Below are positions 63,960 through 64,000 of a stretch of DNA of 64,000 nt, in pieces. Position numbers and translations under genes: made by a program. A model generated the notes under the pieces. The model was given only the letters and a program-made list of their open reading frames with translations. It ran no database searches and was not told where the DNA came from. This stretch comes from Pocillopora damicornis. Its lineage: Eukaryota. The first letter of the stretch is position 1; every line of letters begins with the position of its first letter. The stretch is taken from assembly GCF_003704095.1 (NCBI RefSeq), contig NW_020846294.1, forward strand, positions 372,001-436,000. Direction: 5' to 3'.

Positions 63960-64000
63960 CAGTCGAACCTGTATTAAGCGGAACCGTATGAAGCGGTCAC
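63960..64000. mobile_element. Start of a MITE of the 34749 family, cut by the window edge
   Basis: cagtcgaacctgtattaagcgg. Confidence 0.5.

Overview
Eukaryotic, AT-rich, intron-containing animal DNA with four assembly gaps (about 4329-4425, 13659-13806, 16416-16915, 51536-51566). The repeat landscape suggests a stony coral or other cnidarian (inference only). Gene order: a long-chain acyl-CoA synthetase (-, runs off the left edge), the deubiquitinase MINDY4 (+), three intronless CYP17A1/clan-2-like cytochrome P450s (+,-,+), glutamine-dependent NAD+ synthetase NADSYN1 (-) head-to-head with CoA synthase COASY (+), and the proteasome ubiquitin receptor ADRM1 (-) head-to-head with an intronless two-HMG-box UBF-like gene (+). 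At the right end are a decayed signal-peptide/2A-like/PHD ORF (probable non-LTR retrotransposon 5' remnant) and a possible first exon. Introns and spacers are full of non-autonomous elements: TTAA-flanked piggyBac-like MITEs (some nested), a 5-bp-TSD hAT5-like element in two copies, palindromic MITEs, and Penelope-like fragments carrying minimal hammerhead ribozyme motifs. Exon models were built by hand from GT-AG sites, frame continuity and recalled homologue motifs; no searches were run.
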